64,000 nucleotides of DNA from Candidatus Gottesmanbacteria bacterium RIFCSPLOWO2_01_FULL_43_11b (lineage in GTDB: Bacteria > Patescibacteriota > Microgenomatia > UBA10105 > UBA927): NCBI GenBank assembly GCA_001780985.1, contig MFJV01000001.1, positions 300,049 through 364,048 of the forward strand, given 5' to 3'. Both the position numbers and the translations under genes were made by a program. Shown here in pieces: positions 21,105 through 31,655 of the stretch; position 1 is the first letter of the stretch, and each line of letters opens with the position of its first letter. The notes under the pieces were generated by a model, which was not told the DNA's origin, searched no databases, and worked only from the letters and a program-made list of their open reading frames with translations.

Positions 21105-21957
21105 GAGCCAGATCAACTGCTTGTCTCCATGTTTTAAAACGAATTCCTAATAGTTTTTGTGTTTTTTTTACGTCTAACGTATTGTGTTTATGAAATCGTA
21201 GTGGTATATCAGACGATCTCATAAGACTATCTATTGATCTTTTCTGTATCGATTTATCACCAATAATGTGCTGTGCAAGATCATACGGAGTCACCCAGTC
21301 GGGGTTGGTAACATGGAAAATACCTTGTTTTGGTTTCTTTATTAGTTTCTCTATTGCTTTTGCTATGTCATCAATCCAGGTTAATTGTATCCGTTGATCC
21401 GTAAACATAGGATAGAGTTTGCCGCGGCGATACAAAGCAGGAGTTGCGTGCACGTAATCGTTTGCAACACGGATTCCACTTTTTTTGATTGGGTGTGCCA
21501 CCCGTAAAACTGCTCCTTTAACATGCTGTTCTGCTCGTGATTTCGTCCAACCATACCAAGAATTGTTTCGAAGAGGTGTTACAGAGTGACTTTCGGAGTA
21601 TGGTCCGGGGTCTTTTGTACTTCCTCGAAATACTGATCCTGTTGAAATGTAAATGAGATAACACCTTGCGGATTTGGCAGCCTTGGCAATATATTTTGTG
21701 CCCTCGACATTTACCCTCCAATACTTACCTTCTTTATCTCCCCTTTCCCGCTCTGCTTCATTCAAATCAATAAGTGCTGCAGCGTGAATTATCACATCAG
21801 GTTTGTGTTTTTTAAAATACGCAAAAACTGCCCTTTTATCTGTAATATCCAATTTTTTATGGGAAGGAACTAGAACCGTATAGTTATTTTTGAGAATCTC
21901 TGCAATCCGCGATCCAACCAGCCCGCTTCCGCCGCTAACAAGAACTGTTTTAGCCAT
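21094..21957 (-). CDS. RmlD-like sugar-nucleotide reductase
   Basis: GGSGLVG, PDVIIHAAA, YISTGSVF, YGWTK. Confidence 0.85.
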   Translation of the reverse strand: MAKTVLVSGGSGLVGSRIAEILKNNYTVLVPSHKKLDITDKRAVFAYFKKHKPDVIIHAAALIDLNEAERERGDKEGKYWRVNVEGTKYIAKAAKSARCYLIYISTGSVFRGSTKDPGPYSESHSVTPLRNNSWYGWTKSRAEQHVKGAVLRVAHPIKKSGIRVANDYVHATPALYRRGKLYPMFTDQRIQLTWIDDIAKAIEKLIKKPKQGIFHVTNPDWVTPYDLAQHIIGDKSIQKRSIDSLMRSSDIPLRFHKHNTLDVKKTQKLLGIRFKTWRQAVDLALTN

Positions 21958-22891
21958 ATCTAACCCTCCCCAACACTGCTCCTGCAAAAATAAAGCAGTA
22001 CAGCACTATCCCTACAAAAAATCCTTTTACTGCAAAGATAAGTCCTTTCTCTTTATACATAAAAACGAGAAATTTTCGGATGAAAAAAATGTGGAAAGCG
22101 ACAGCAAAGGCAAAAATACGCGGGTCGATGAATACGCTTAAGACCACAAACACAGCAGAGAATGTTGTCAGAGCCTCCGCCAATGTTGTTGCAACAGGAT
22201 CGAATTTTTTCCGTCTTTGGTACAGTTTTGTCCAGTAATATGCGCGAAGAAAATACTTTTTTGCAATCGGCCAAAATCCTTCAAATTCATGCCGTACCCG
22301 TACATTGGGAGCAAAAATAATCGCGTACCGACGGGCAATTCTATAGGTAAGTTCAATGTCTTCAACCAGCGGCGCCGGGTATTTTTCGTCAAAACCGTGA
22401 AGCCTTGTAAATACGCTCTTTTTAATTGATGCAATACGGGTAGAGAAAAGAAAATAGTAGCCGCTTTTATCCCGTTCGTTAATCCAGTAGCTCCAGTCGC
22501 GTAAGGCTTTAAAATTCGGAAAAAACGCTTTGGATTGCTGCTCCTTTACCCATACGCCTGTGACTGCAACAATATCAGGGTCATTGGTGTATATGTGGGC
22601 AAGATTTTTGAGCGTATCGGGGAAAACCGTGACGTCGCTATCAAGGAATACTATGAATTTCCCTTTGGCAACCTTCACGCCTCTATTTCTGGCAACCGCC
22701 GGACCATGATTTTTTGTGAGTCTGATGATCTTTGCAAGGGGTGGCCTTGGAAATGGCTTTGTGGAGCCGTCATCAACAACGATGACTTCAAAATTTTTGA
22801 ATGTTGACTGTTTTAAAGATCCAACGAGTCTTTTGAGATTATCACCAGGATTGAAGGCAGGAATGACAATAGAAAAAAATGGTTTTTTCAT
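21950..22891 (-). CDS. GT2 glycosyltransferase
   Basis: SIVIPAFN, VDDGS, FLDSD, EDIEL. Confidence 0.92.
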   Translation of the reverse strand: MKKPFFSIVIPAFNPGDNLKRLVGSLKQSTFKNFEVIVVDDGSTKPFPRPPLAKIIRLTKNHGPAVARNRGVKVAKGKFIVFLDSDVTVFPDTLKNLAHIYTNDPDIVAVTGVWVKEQQSKAFFPNFKALRDWSYWINERDKSGYYFLFSTRIASIKKSVFTRLHGFDEKYPAPLVEDIELTYRIARRYAIIFAPNVRVRHEFEGFWPIAKKYFLRAYYWTKLYQRRKKFDPVATTLAEALTTFSAVFVVLSVFIDPRIFAFAVAFHIFFIRKFLVFMYKEKGLIFAVKGFFVGIVLYCFIFAGAVLGRVRYG

Positions 22892-23445
22892 GATCGAATA
22901 GTTTTTATCACCCTCGCGGGGATTCCGGCAACCAACGTTTTGTCAGCAACATTTTTCACGACGACCGATCCGGCCCCCACGACACACTCCCGGCCAATGG
23001 TGACACCAGGCAGTATTATAACGCCTGTTGCGATGAAGGCGCCGCGTTTGATGGTAACCGACCGCTCCTTTGTCGGATATATTCTTTGCAAAGGGTGGTC
23101 CGGGTAGCCAACATTGATATGGGAGACAATCGTTGTGCGATTTGAGATTGTCACATCATCTTCAAGTTTCACGCCACCTCTGGTGTCTACCATTACTTCA
23201 TCGCCAATAAAGCATCGGCTGCCGATAGCAACCCGGGAAAACCCGTAGTGGTAAAGATTGGTAAAACGAATGTTCTGGACGACCGTGTCGTTGCCAATAC
23301 TCGCCCCGGCAAGTCGCAGCATCATAACGCGAATCTGCGGCACAACGCATACAGAAAGGAGTCCGCCAAAAAGCTCCCAAAGAACAAAACGAGTGGCTTT
23401 CATAATACCGACGGTTCGTATGGCTTTCATCTCCGTAATCTCCAC
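22888..23445 (-). CDS. Hexapeptide-repeat (LbH) acyltransferase
   Basis: ILPGVTIG..VVGAGSVV...AGIPARVIK. Confidence 0.9.
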   Translation of the reverse strand: MEITEMKAIRTVGIMKATRFVLWELFGGLLSVCVVPQIRVMMLRLAGASIGNDTVVQNIRFTNLYHYGFSRVAIGSRCFIGDEVMVDTRGGVKLEDDVTISNRTTIVSHINVGYPDHPLQRIYPTKERSVTIKRGAFIATGVIILPGVTIGRECVVGAGSVVVKNVADKTLVAGIPARVIKTIRS

Positions 23446-24119
23446 AAGCTTATCAGATAATCAGCAATATCACGAAATGGCCGCACGGTTGAGGTCTTAT
23501 CAAAGCGACGGAGAAAAAGGACCGGGACCTCGACAATATCAAAACCTGCTCCTTTGGCCCGAACCATAATTTCCGTATCCCAAAACCACCCATTATGCTT
23601 TGTTCTTTTCAAAACGGGCAGAATTTTTTTTCTGTTGAAAAACTTATACCCGGTTTCCGTATCCAATCCCCCGGTTCTAACCATACGATCAGCAAGCCAC
23701 CTATAGCCTCGGCTCAAAATCTCACGAATAATCGATTGCGTATTTGTCCGGTAAAATCGCCTGCCGATAACAACATCAGCTTTCCTTTTCATAATAAGGT
23801 CAACCATGTGCGGAATGTATAAAGGAGACACTTCGCAATCAATATCGATAAATCCAGCAACCGTGCCTGTCGCTTCCAGTAACCCATCCCGGACAGCACT
23901 ACCACGGCCCATGTTTCGGGAATGGAAAACAGCTCTCATATGCTTGTTTTTTTTGATTGTGCCGCGAATAAGTTTTGCAGTTTCATCTTCGCTTTTGTCA
24001 TCGACAAAAATAATCTCGTAGGAATACTTTGTTGCCTCGAGTGTATGTACTATGCGGGATACACTTTCCCGAAAAATTTGCGCTTCGTTGTAACAGGGCA
24101 GAATTAAGGAGACATCCAC
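23427..24119 (-). CDS. GT2, polyprenol-phosphate glycosyltransferase-like
   Basis: LPCYNE, VDDKS.D, DID, DTETGYK, WFWDTE. Confidence 0.9.
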   Translation of the reverse strand: MDVSLILPCYNEAQIFRESVSRIVHTLEATKYSYEIIFVDDKSEDETAKLIRGTIKKNKHMRAVFHSRNMGRGSAVRDGLLEATGTVAGFIDIDCEVSPLYIPHMVDLIMKRKADVVIGRRFYRTNTQSIIREILSRGYRWLADRMVRTGGLDTETGYKFFNRKKILPVLKRTKHNGWFWDTEIMVRAKGAGFDIVEVPVLFLRRFDKTSTVRPFRDIADYLISLWRLRR

Positions 24120-25537
24120 AGCAACTCACCTCCCATGGAACTAATCGTATAGTGATCAGTTATATATGCTTGATCAGTTGGCTGAAGCGTTGTCACGCGC
24201 TTGAGTGAACCTTGGAAGATATACTTTGTCTTTGTTGTTTCAAGTGCTTTCGAAAGAGATGGGAGCGGCTGTGAGAGAAATCCCTGCCACTGCCCGAACG
24301 GCAGGCAGCAGGCGTAATATGGATCCGGATAATATAATGTGCTGCCATCCAGATCTAAAATATATTCATTTTTTGGAACGGTCTGCCAAACTTTTTCAAG
24401 GTTACTCAGCATTTCGACATTCGTCCAAGAAAGCTTGGGTTTGTTAACGAGGAGGAATGTTTGGTAGAGACCAATGAGCCCCATTAAAAATAGCGCAAAA
24501 CCTGATACTGCTCCAAGTGGGTGGCGACTAAGTTTCTTCCAAATGAGAAGCAACCCATCGGCCCCGTACAATGCAACAAACAGCGCAATCGGAATGAGGT
24601 ATTGGGCGTGCTTCAAAGGAATATAGAGAACGTAGAGAGCAACGTTGAGGATAAATATCCCTGCCGGCAGCAACTCTTCCCGCGAAAACTGCAAAAGTCT
24701 GTATGCTCCAATTCCTATTCCAAATAACCAAAGGGCGTGATTTACAATCAGCCCCGTGTTCACCCCGCCCTGCCCGTAGTAAATGTTATTTGGATAGAAA
24801 AATAAGTCCGGGCCCATAAAAAATATGTTGGCGAGTTTATTTGCTTCTAATGGTAAATTCACCAAGGAATACCAAATTGTTGAAAAATGGCCCGTCGAAA
24901 TGGCCCAAACTCCAAATACACTAAGAGGAAGTGCTAACCCCAGTAAAAATGAGGGAACACGCCGGCGCTCTAAAAAGAACAAAACCAGGAATGCAAAAAT
25001 TACTGTTGGTGCAATTTTCGTAAGAACGAGGAGGGAAAGACCGTAGCAGACACCTGACCATAAAGCACGTCTTTGCACCTGTAGAATTAAACCCGCTAAC
25101 AGGAGGAGTGTGGCCAGATTATCCGGGCGGATTTCAATGATTTTGTCCATCGGAAGCGGAAGGAAGGCAAAGAGCAACGCCGGAAAAATAGCAAAAGAGT
25201 TTTTTCGTAAAATATAAAAGAGAACGCCAGCGGCAGCGGCATTGCCTAAAAATATAAAAAACATGAGAATTCGGGCCGATAAAATTGGCTGCACCGTCCC
25301 CCACCCCTTTACAAATACGGGTGAAAGAAAGATCCAAAATCCAGGAGGGAAAAACGAGAGAAAATCTATGTACGGACGATTTCCCATGAGCATATGGGAA
25401 GTCCAATGGAGATGAGCAAATTCGTCAACGTCAAAATAGCGTATCAATCCAAGTTTCCAGTGCCACGAAACAAAGAAAATAAAGATTACACCTGCAGTAA
25501 TTATGAGTATGGTTTGCAAAAATTTAGATAGGCTCAT
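24104..25537 (-). CDS. Polytopic GT-C-like membrane glycosyltransferase
   Basis: DVDE acidic motif after TM1, PY.DF...PPG, EIRPD, many TM segments. Confidence 0.7.
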   Translation of the reverse strand: MSLSKFLQTILIITAGVIFIFFVSWHWKLGLIRYFDVDEFAHLHWTSHMLMGNRPYIDFLSFFPPGFWIFLSPVFVKGWGTVQPILSARILMFFIFLGNAAAAGVLFYILRKNSFAIFPALLFAFLPLPMDKIIEIRPDNLATLLLLAGLILQVQRRALWSGVCYGLSLLVLTKIAPTVIFAFLVLFFLERRRVPSFLLGLALPLSVFGVWAISTGHFSTIWYSLVNLPLEANKLANIFFMGPDLFFYPNNIYYGQGGVNTGLIVNHALWLFGIGIGAYRLLQFSREELLPAGIFILNVALYVLYIPLKHAQYLIPIALFVALYGADGLLLIWKKLSRHPLGAVSGFALFLMGLIGLYQTFLLVNKPKLSWTNVEMLSNLEKVWQTVPKNEYILDLDGSTLYYPDPYYACCLPFGQWQGFLSQPLPSLSKALETTKTKYIFQGSLKRVTTLQPTDQAYITDHYTISSMGGELLWMSP

Positions 25538-26196
25538 AAGCGAAATCGTAGCATATCAAGAATTGTTGGCAACGTTGTAGTTAGTGCCGCTCCGCTTCCT
25601 CGCGAAATCGACGGCCGGTGATCGATGGGCACTTCGAGAATTTTGAACCCCCTTTTCCTTGCTTTTACGCAAAGCTCTGCATCGACAAAAGCGCTCCGAG
25701 ATTCCAAGCGAACAGATTTGAGTAATTTTTTTGATACTAATCGAACGGAATTGACGTCATGAAGGGATAAACCATATATATATTTAAGGAGTGTGTTATA
25801 TGCCCAAGACTGAAAAAGTCGCATTGGTGGATCATTCCTTTTTACCCTCCAACCAACAATCATATCAGCTCTATCTTTGTACGGAAGAAGTTTTAACAAC
25901 TCTTTTGGATGAATCTGGTAATCGCCAGGGAGAGAAAAAATCCAGTCATAGCGGGCTTTTTCATAAAGTTCTTTTATTGTTGCTCCGTAGCCTCTGTTTT
26001 TTTTATGGGTAACGACATGCACATGTTGGTTTTTAATAGTTGCTAGAATTTCACCTGTTTTATCGAAACTTCCGTCGTTAATTACCAATATTTCATAATG
26101 GGAAAACGTATCTCTACCGATCTTATCGGCTTCCGCTATAACATCACGGATAGTTTTCTCATCATTATACGTTGGTATGATAAAAGAAAGTTTCAC
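25534..26196 (-). CDS. GT2 (DPM-synthase-like)
   Basis: IPTYND, NDGS.D, NRGYG, DAEL. Confidence 0.9.
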   Translation of the reverse strand: MKLSFIIPTYNDEKTIRDVIAEADKIGRDTFSHYEILVINDGSFDKTGEILATIKNQHVHVVTHKKNRGYGATIKELYEKARYDWIFSLPGDYQIHPKELLKLLPYKDRADMIVGWRVKRNDPPMRLFQSWAYNTLLKYIYGLSLHDVNSVRLVSKKLLKSVRLESRSAFVDAELCVKARKRGFKILEVPIDHRPSISRGSGAALTTTLPTILDMLRFRL

Positions 26197-27149
26197 ATCC
26201 GCTCCATAACAATATTGATAAGTCCGCCCGCGTCGGGCATGAATTTTGCAATCACGTCCGTTTTTGAAAGCATTCGTTTTGCCACTTCAACGGAAAATAG
26301 ATTAACAATATGCGGGGGCAAAAATGTATGCGTGGAAACCGAAATCTTGTGTTGTCCATTAAACCACCCTTTTATATCACGCTTTCCAATAAGCGGCATG
26401 CTCCCCGCCCGTTCATACCAAAGAGGGTGAAGTTTTTGCAAAAAATCAAAAAAAATTCGTACTGGTGTTTTATTGTTTTCCAATCCAAAATACGTGCCCC
26501 CTGGTTTGAGCACACGAATGATTTCTTTCACTGTTTTGCGAGGATCTGGCAGATGATGGAGAACACCATATAAAAGTACATAATCAAAGCTTTCACTCTT
26601 TATGGGGAATGATGTTGCGTCGCCAACAAAAAAATACATGTTCGCTCTTCCACGACTCCTCTTGATCGCCTCGACAATCATGTTTTTTGATATATCAAAT
26701 CCCACGATTGAAATGGGAAGATCCGCAAATTGGAATGCGCTCCTTCCTTGTGCGCACCCAACATCCAGAAGCCATGAATCTTTTCGAATTCCCTTTCGCC
26801 ACTTTCCTATGATGAGCTCGTCTGTTGCCCTCCAAAATGAACTTCCTGCATAGTCAGAATAGGACTGCGTTGAGTTTTTTGCGTACCAATCGAAGTATTG
26901 TTGTTGTTCTTTTTCTAATTTAAATCGTTTCTTATGTCGTTTATAAAATATTTTCCGATCTTCCCAATACGCAAGATCGTCGGGAAGAAGTTCCAAAATA
27001 TAATCAAAAATTGGGTAGGTTCTCGTACACCTTGGGCATTTGACAACTCCCTCTTTCACGCCGTATGAATCTTTATCAAAAACTTCAAGTTTTAATTTAT
27101 TTGCTCTGCATGAGGGACAAAGTAGAATACTGACTACATCTTTATTCAT
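26193..27149 (-). CDS. Class I SAM methyltransferase with N-terminal Trm112-like Zn module
   Basis: CPSC..CPRC..YPI; LDVGCAQG; VLHHL; VLKPGG. Confidence 0.88.
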   Translation of the reverse strand: MNKDVVSILLCPSCRANKLKLEVFDKDSYGVKEGVVKCPRCTRTYPIFDYILELLPDDLAYWEDRKIFYKRHKKRFKLEKEQQQYFDWYAKNSTQSYSDYAGSSFWRATDELIIGKWRKGIRKDSWLLDVGCAQGRSAFQFADLPISIVGFDISKNMIVEAIKRSRGRANMYFFVGDATSFPIKSESFDYVLLYGVLHHLPDPRKTVKEIIRVLKPGGTYFGLENNKTPVRIFFDFLQKLHPLWYERAGSMPLIGKRDIKGWFNGQHKISVSTHTFLPPHIVNLFSVEVAKRMLSKTDVIAKFMPDAGGLINIVMERM

Positions 27150-27155
27150 AGGAGA

Positions 27156-27163
27156 ATTATAAT
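27156..27163. promoter_or_regulatory. Palindromic bidirectional -10 box ATTATAAT
   Basis: TATAAT on both strands in a 24-nt divergent gap; 6 nt to ATG 27149 (-), 10 nt to ATG 27174 (+). Confidence 0.7.
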
Positions 27164-27173
27164 ACAAACACGT

Positions 27174-28631
27174 ATGATTCTGGGCATTGCAATTCTCTTC
27201 TCATTCCTTAATCTCTTTCACGTATTCTATTACCTTTCAAAAGTTCCACCAAATACAATATTTATCGGCATCACCCATTGGTACGAGGATTACTTTTTTT
27301 ACCTTTCGCAGATGACTCAGGGAGCCATGGGGCAATGGAGCTTGATCAATAAATACTCACTTGAAAATATCCCCATTGGCTTTAACTGGGTATTTAATCT
27401 TCTGTTGGGTAAATTATCAAACTCCCCCGTATGGACAACCTATGACATAACGATTTTTATTCTCACATTTATTTATATTCTTCTCATGTATAAAGTTCTC
27501 ACGTCTCTTTTTACTAACAAAATCAAAGCCTACAGCGCTCTTATAGTTGCACTTACAAGCACCAACTGGTTCTTTAACCCGGTTACCTACTTCTATGCGT
27601 ATACATCTGCATTGAATCGCTTGGGAGGAGTAGCGCATCACGTTGCTCAGAATATTTTAAGTTTAGTCTCTGTGTATCTATTCGCAAAACTTCTTGAATC
27701 TTATAAATTAAAAACGGCAATAATTATTGCCCTTACTCTCTCAATTCTTTTTCTTATGTCTTCGTTTTATGTCATGATTAACATTATCGTTTTTGTAGTT
27801 TCGGCAGTTTTATTAAAGAACCGTAAAATAGTAAAAAGCTTTTTAATTATTATCGCTCCGCTTGCAGTTTTAGCATACTTTCAATCTCAAGTAATCAGTC
27901 ACCCGTTTTGGGTACTTGTCAGAGAGTGGGAACAGACCAGAAGTCCGGCGACATTCTCCACATTTATTATCTCCGGCGGTCTCATTATGTTCTTGGTTCC
28001 TTTTGGTCTCACAAAGTTTCTTAAAATTAAATCTCCTCTTCGTGTTGTCGGACTTATGTTTGCCATTTTACCCATTGTTTTATATTTTTCAGGAATAGCC
28101 GGAATACCTGTATTTCGCCTGTTGCAACCAGCCGGATATGTATTCCTTGCCGCAATTGCAACAGAGGCGCTTGCAGGAAAAAAACGGATATTCCTTTTGC
28201 TTGTATCTATCTATGTTCTCCTCCAAATCCCGGGGCTTGGTATGGAAATAAAATCCAGGGTAAATGAATACTACCTCAACTCCCACCTCAATTTCCTCGA
28301 TCGCGACGTCTACGACGGACTCCTTTTTCTCAAAGATCAGCCTCATGATAAAAACGTCCTGGCAGTCCACACACTCGAGTCATTTGTACCGGTTGTAAGC
28401 GGCCACTCTGTATTCGAAGGCCATGCAACATTAACGCTTGATTACAAAGAAAAAATCGACAAAACCATTGCATTTTACACGAACAAAATGTCGGAAATAG
28501 ATGCGTATACGCTTCTCAAAAATAACAATATCGACTATATTCTCTGGGAAAAACGATTCGGAGAAGCTCCCCGTTATTCATTCTTTAGGTTGCTTTATGA
28601 AAATCCAAAACTGGTTATCTTCACGCTCTAA
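27174..28631 (+). CDS. Polytopic GT-C-like membrane protein (D..Y.S...QG family)
   Basis: DYFFYLSQMTQG; multiple TMs; C-term PVVSGHSVFEGH domain. Confidence 0.65.
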   Translation: MILGIAILFSFLNLFHVFYYLSKVPPNTIFIGITHWYEDYFFYLSQMTQGAMGQWSLINKYSLENIPIGFNWVFNLLLGKLSNSPVWTTYDITIFILTFIYILLMYKVLTSLFTNKIKAYSALIVALTSTNWFFNPVTYFYAYTSALNRLGGVAHHVAQNILSLVSVYLFAKLLESYKLKTAIIIALTLSILFLMSSFYVMINIIVFVVSAVLLKNRKIVKSFLIIIAPLAVLAYFQSQVISHPFWVLVREWEQTRSPATFSTFIISGGLIMFLVPFGLTKFLKIKSPLRVVGLMFAILPIVLYFSGIAGIPVFRLLQPAGYVFLAAIATEALAGKKRIFLLLVSIYVLLQIPGLGMEIKSRVNEYYLNSHLNFLDRDVYDGLLFLKDQPHDKNVLAVHTLESFVPVVSGHSVFEGHATLTLDYKEKIDKTIAFYTNKMSEIDAYTLLKNNNIDYILWEKRFGEAPRYSFFRLLYENPKLVIFTL

Positions 28632-30156
28632 ACAAAGACTCATCGGAGTCGTATTGACACTTTCACTTTTCCTTGTCCACGTGACAATCATCGATGATTA
28701 TGGATTAACCTGGGACTTTCACCACCATTTTTTTGCAGGACTCCATCTCCTCGGTCGACCAATAGACAAAAAACTGACAGAAAATATCCCTTTCACCGAA
28801 CCATCGCCGCTTTTAACTCAAGAGCTTCCCTTCGGTCCGCTCATGAGTATTACTCCTGTGCTCTCCTATCAACTTTTCTATGAAAAACTTAGACTACTTG
28901 CTTTTGACAATGCGTACAATATAGCAATTGTCGCAAGTGGTGTTGCCGGCATCGGAATCTTGTATTTCTTCCTTCTTGAAGCAACAAATTTTCCCACAGC
29001 ACTTATTGCATTTATGTTTCTTGCACTCCTGCCTCGTTATTTCGGTGACCTCCACAACAATATGAAAGACGTTCCTCAAGCTGCCGCATTTGCTCTTGCC
29101 ATCTGGTTATTTTGGAGACTCGTCAAATACAACAAGATTAAGGATCTCGTTATTGCAAGCCTTGGTTTTGCAATTGCATTTAATACCAAAGTAAATACGC
29201 TCGCTATCCCTTTCATTGCCTTCCTGTCCCTACGAAAATTTCACCCTCGCATACTTTCTTACTTTTTTCTTGCACCTCTTTTTGCTCTTTTAATATGGAT
29301 CCCATTCTGGCAAGACCCGTTCGGAGTACTTGCGTATCTACCTAAGTTTTTCCAGATCAATACGCCAAATATTGAAGTCCTTTATATGGACAAGTGGTAT
29401 TGCTCCGGAGTAAACGTCCCCTGGCACTATCCGCTGGGCTACCTGGCCATAACGACACCACTCCCCCTTCTTTTATTTTTCTTCATAGGTCTTTTTCGTC
29501 GCCCTCCATCAATTTTTCTCTTATGGTTTTTCGTTCCCCTTGCTCGTTACCTTATCCCTAAAATCGGCGTCATTGACGGCATTCGTCACTTTGAAGAAGT
29601 GGTCTATCCAATGTCTGCAATTGCAGCAATCGGCGCACAAAGTATATTCCAATGGATTAAACAAAAAACAATTGTTTTGGTATTATATTTCCTTATTCTT
29701 TATTCCTTATCCCTTATTCTCATCACTTATCACCCCTTCCAAATCTCCTACTTTAATGAACTGGTCGGTGGAATCCGAGGAGCCTACGGACGCTACGATA
29801 TTGACTACTGGGGTGGACCACAAAAACAGGCAATTAACTGGATTAATGCCAATGTGCCTCAACAAAGCAGGATCGCTGTTGCCATGGCTGCTGATGTTGC
29901 CGTAAAATACATCCGGCCCGATCTCACCCCTCTTCTCAATACAAGACACTATAACTCGAGCGATTACGTTGTCATCCTTAACCGCCAATCATTCTTTTAC
30001 CGATACCGCGTTGTTGATTATTTGCTCACTCATACCCCTATCTACACCATTGAAAATCAAGGGGTTCCGATTGTGTGGATTTTTGATAATCACGTATCCC
30101 CTGCGCAAAAAAAGAATCCGTGGTGGGAGGGAACAGATCCGTGCATCAGACTATGA
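28597..30156 (+). CDS. ArnT/PMT-like (GT39/83) membrane glycosyltransferase
   Basis: DYGLTWD, H.N.KD.P, PWHYP, YFNELVGG..GA..DYWG. Confidence 0.8.
   Translation: MKIQNWLSSRSKQRLIGVVLTLSLFLVHVTIIDDYGLTWDFHHHFFAGLHLLGRPIDKKLTENIPFTEPSPLLTQELPFGPLMSITPVLSYQLFYEKLRLLAFDNAYNIAIVASGVAGIGILYFFLLEATNFPTALIAFMFLALLPRYFGDLHNNMKDVPQAAAFALAIWLFWRLVKYNKIKDLVIASLGFAIAFNTKVNTLAIPFIAFLSLRKFHPRILSYFFLAPLFALLIWIPFWQDPFGVLAYLPKFFQINTPNIEVLYMDKWYCSGVNVPWHYPLGYLAITTPLPLLLFFFIGLFRRPPSIFLLWFFVPLARYLIPKIGVIDGIRHFEEVVYPMSAIAAIGAQSIFQWIKQKTIVLVLYFLILYSLSLILITYHPFQISYFNELVGGIRGAYGRYDIDYWGGPQKQAINWINANVPQQSRIAVAMAADVAVKYIRPDLTPLLNTRHYNSSDYVVILNRQSFFYRYRVVDYLLTHTPIYTIENQGVPIVWIFDNHVSPAQKKNPWWEGTDPCIRL
29691..29718 (+). 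repeat. Intragenic heptamer array (CCTTATT)x4, degenerate
   Basis: CCTTATT CTTTATT CCTTATC CCTTATT. Confidence 0.5.
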
Positions 30157-31655
30157 AAAAATCTCTCCCTGCGTTCGGAATTATCATTGTCTGGCTTTCT
30201 ATAAGTTTCCTCTATTCCAGAGACTTCGTGTTTATTTCACCAGGAGACGGTCAGCGGGATGCGGCAATAATCACCAATATTCTCTCGGGAAATATCCTCG
30301 GCGACCCTGCCTATGCGGGCGAACATGCCTGGTATCCGTTTCTCATGCATATATATTTTGCTTTTATAAAAACAATAACGAATATCCCCGTTCAGATGTT
30401 ACTCTCGCAATTTGGTTGGCTAGCACCACTCCCCAGTATTCTCCTTATCGCGCTACTTCTTTTAAAAGAGTCTCGTTCCTGGTTGTTTGTGTCGTTAGGT
30501 TTACTTGCCTTCATTCTGTTTATTCCCTGGACACAGGAGATGTTTCTTCTTAGCTCTCATCCTATGGTTTTTAGCCTAGGTATTGTCTGCCTTGCGTTCT
30601 TCACTTTTTCCAAGACAATGAAAACAGGGCGCTGGAAATATTTTTTCTATAGTGCTATTTCGCTTGCGCTACTCGTGTATTCCCACACCATTGCATCTCT
30701 TTCCGTTGCCGCGGGGTTTACGCTCTATACACTTCTCACAAAAAAACATCTGGGAAAATTCATTGTCATGGCCATCCTATCGTTTATCTTAACCCTCCCC
30801 TACCTCTGGCCTATAATCTCGGTCTATAAACTTACCCCGGTGAATTCTTCTGTCTACTCATTTCGCGGAATTTACAACGCGAATTCCTTGCCGGAAATTC
30901 TTAATGCGCATCTCTACGGATTCGGGTGGTTACGGTGGGTAAATACGTTTTTTATAGTAAGCGGAGTTATTCGTGTAAATCCTATTATTCTATCCGTTTA
31001 TTTTGCGAGTTTCATTATGACACTCCCCAGTTTCATTCCCTCCCTCCCCTCCTTTGCCCCGCACGACTTTCAAGTATTTAACCATTTTGTTGCGATTTTC
31101 CTCTACGTTAGTGGTGTGGCGTTCTGGCTGAAAAAAGTAAAAAAATCTCTCAGACCGTTGGTATTTTTCTCATTTCTTGCACTCAATATCATGCTTGTTT
31201 GGCCGACCTACACAGCTAATTTAGAAAAACGACATTTGCAATTAATTACTGGCAATATCAAAGAACCGGATTGGCTCGCGGCAAGTAACTGGATAAACGA
31301 CAATACAAAAATTACTGATGTTATTGCAGCAACGCCGGATCGATCCTATTTTTATGTTTCGGGATTTACCGGCCGTAAAGTTGTTGCAACACACAATAAC
31401 TTTGCCAATGCGTTCGTTAACCAAAACAAACGACTCAGAGACCTTTATGAACTGTATAGCACCCAAGATCAGGAAGTATTTATACAAATAGCGCGGTACT
31501 ACAACATTTCCTATATCATCGCTTCACCATACGAAGCTTCGTACGTTGGACTTTCAAACCTTAATAAATTCGATTCCTATACAAATCTCCGGAAGGTTTT
31601 TACATCGGTTTCAGTCAGTATTTATAAATTTATAGAGTCGGACGCTGCCAAATGA
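30153..31655 (+). CDS. Polytopic GT-C-like membrane protein
   Basis: GD..RD, DPAYAGE..WYP, many TMs, WINDNT..GRKVV C-terminal domain. Confidence 0.65.
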   Translation: MKKSLPAFGIIIVWLSISFLYSRDFVFISPGDGQRDAAIITNILSGNILGDPAYAGEHAWYPFLMHIYFAFIKTITNIPVQMLLSQFGWLAPLPSILLIALLLLKESRSWLFVSLGLLAFILFIPWTQEMFLLSSHPMVFSLGIVCLAFFTFSKTMKTGRWKYFFYSAISLALLVYSHTIASLSVAAGFTLYTLLTKKHLGKFIVMAILSFILTLPYLWPIISVYKLTPVNSSVYSFRGIYNANSLPEILNAHLYGFGWLRWVNTFFIVSGVIRVNPIILSVYFASFIMTLPSFIPSLPSFAPHDFQVFNHFVAIFLYVSGVAFWLKKVKKSLRPLVFFSFLALNIMLVWPTYTANLEKRHLQLITGNIKEPDWLAASNWINDNTKITDVIAATPDRSYFYVSGFTGRKVVATHNNFANAFVNQNKRLRDLYELYSTQDQEVFIQIARYYNISYIIASPYEASYVGLSNLNKFDSYTNLRKVFTSVSVSIYKFIESDAAK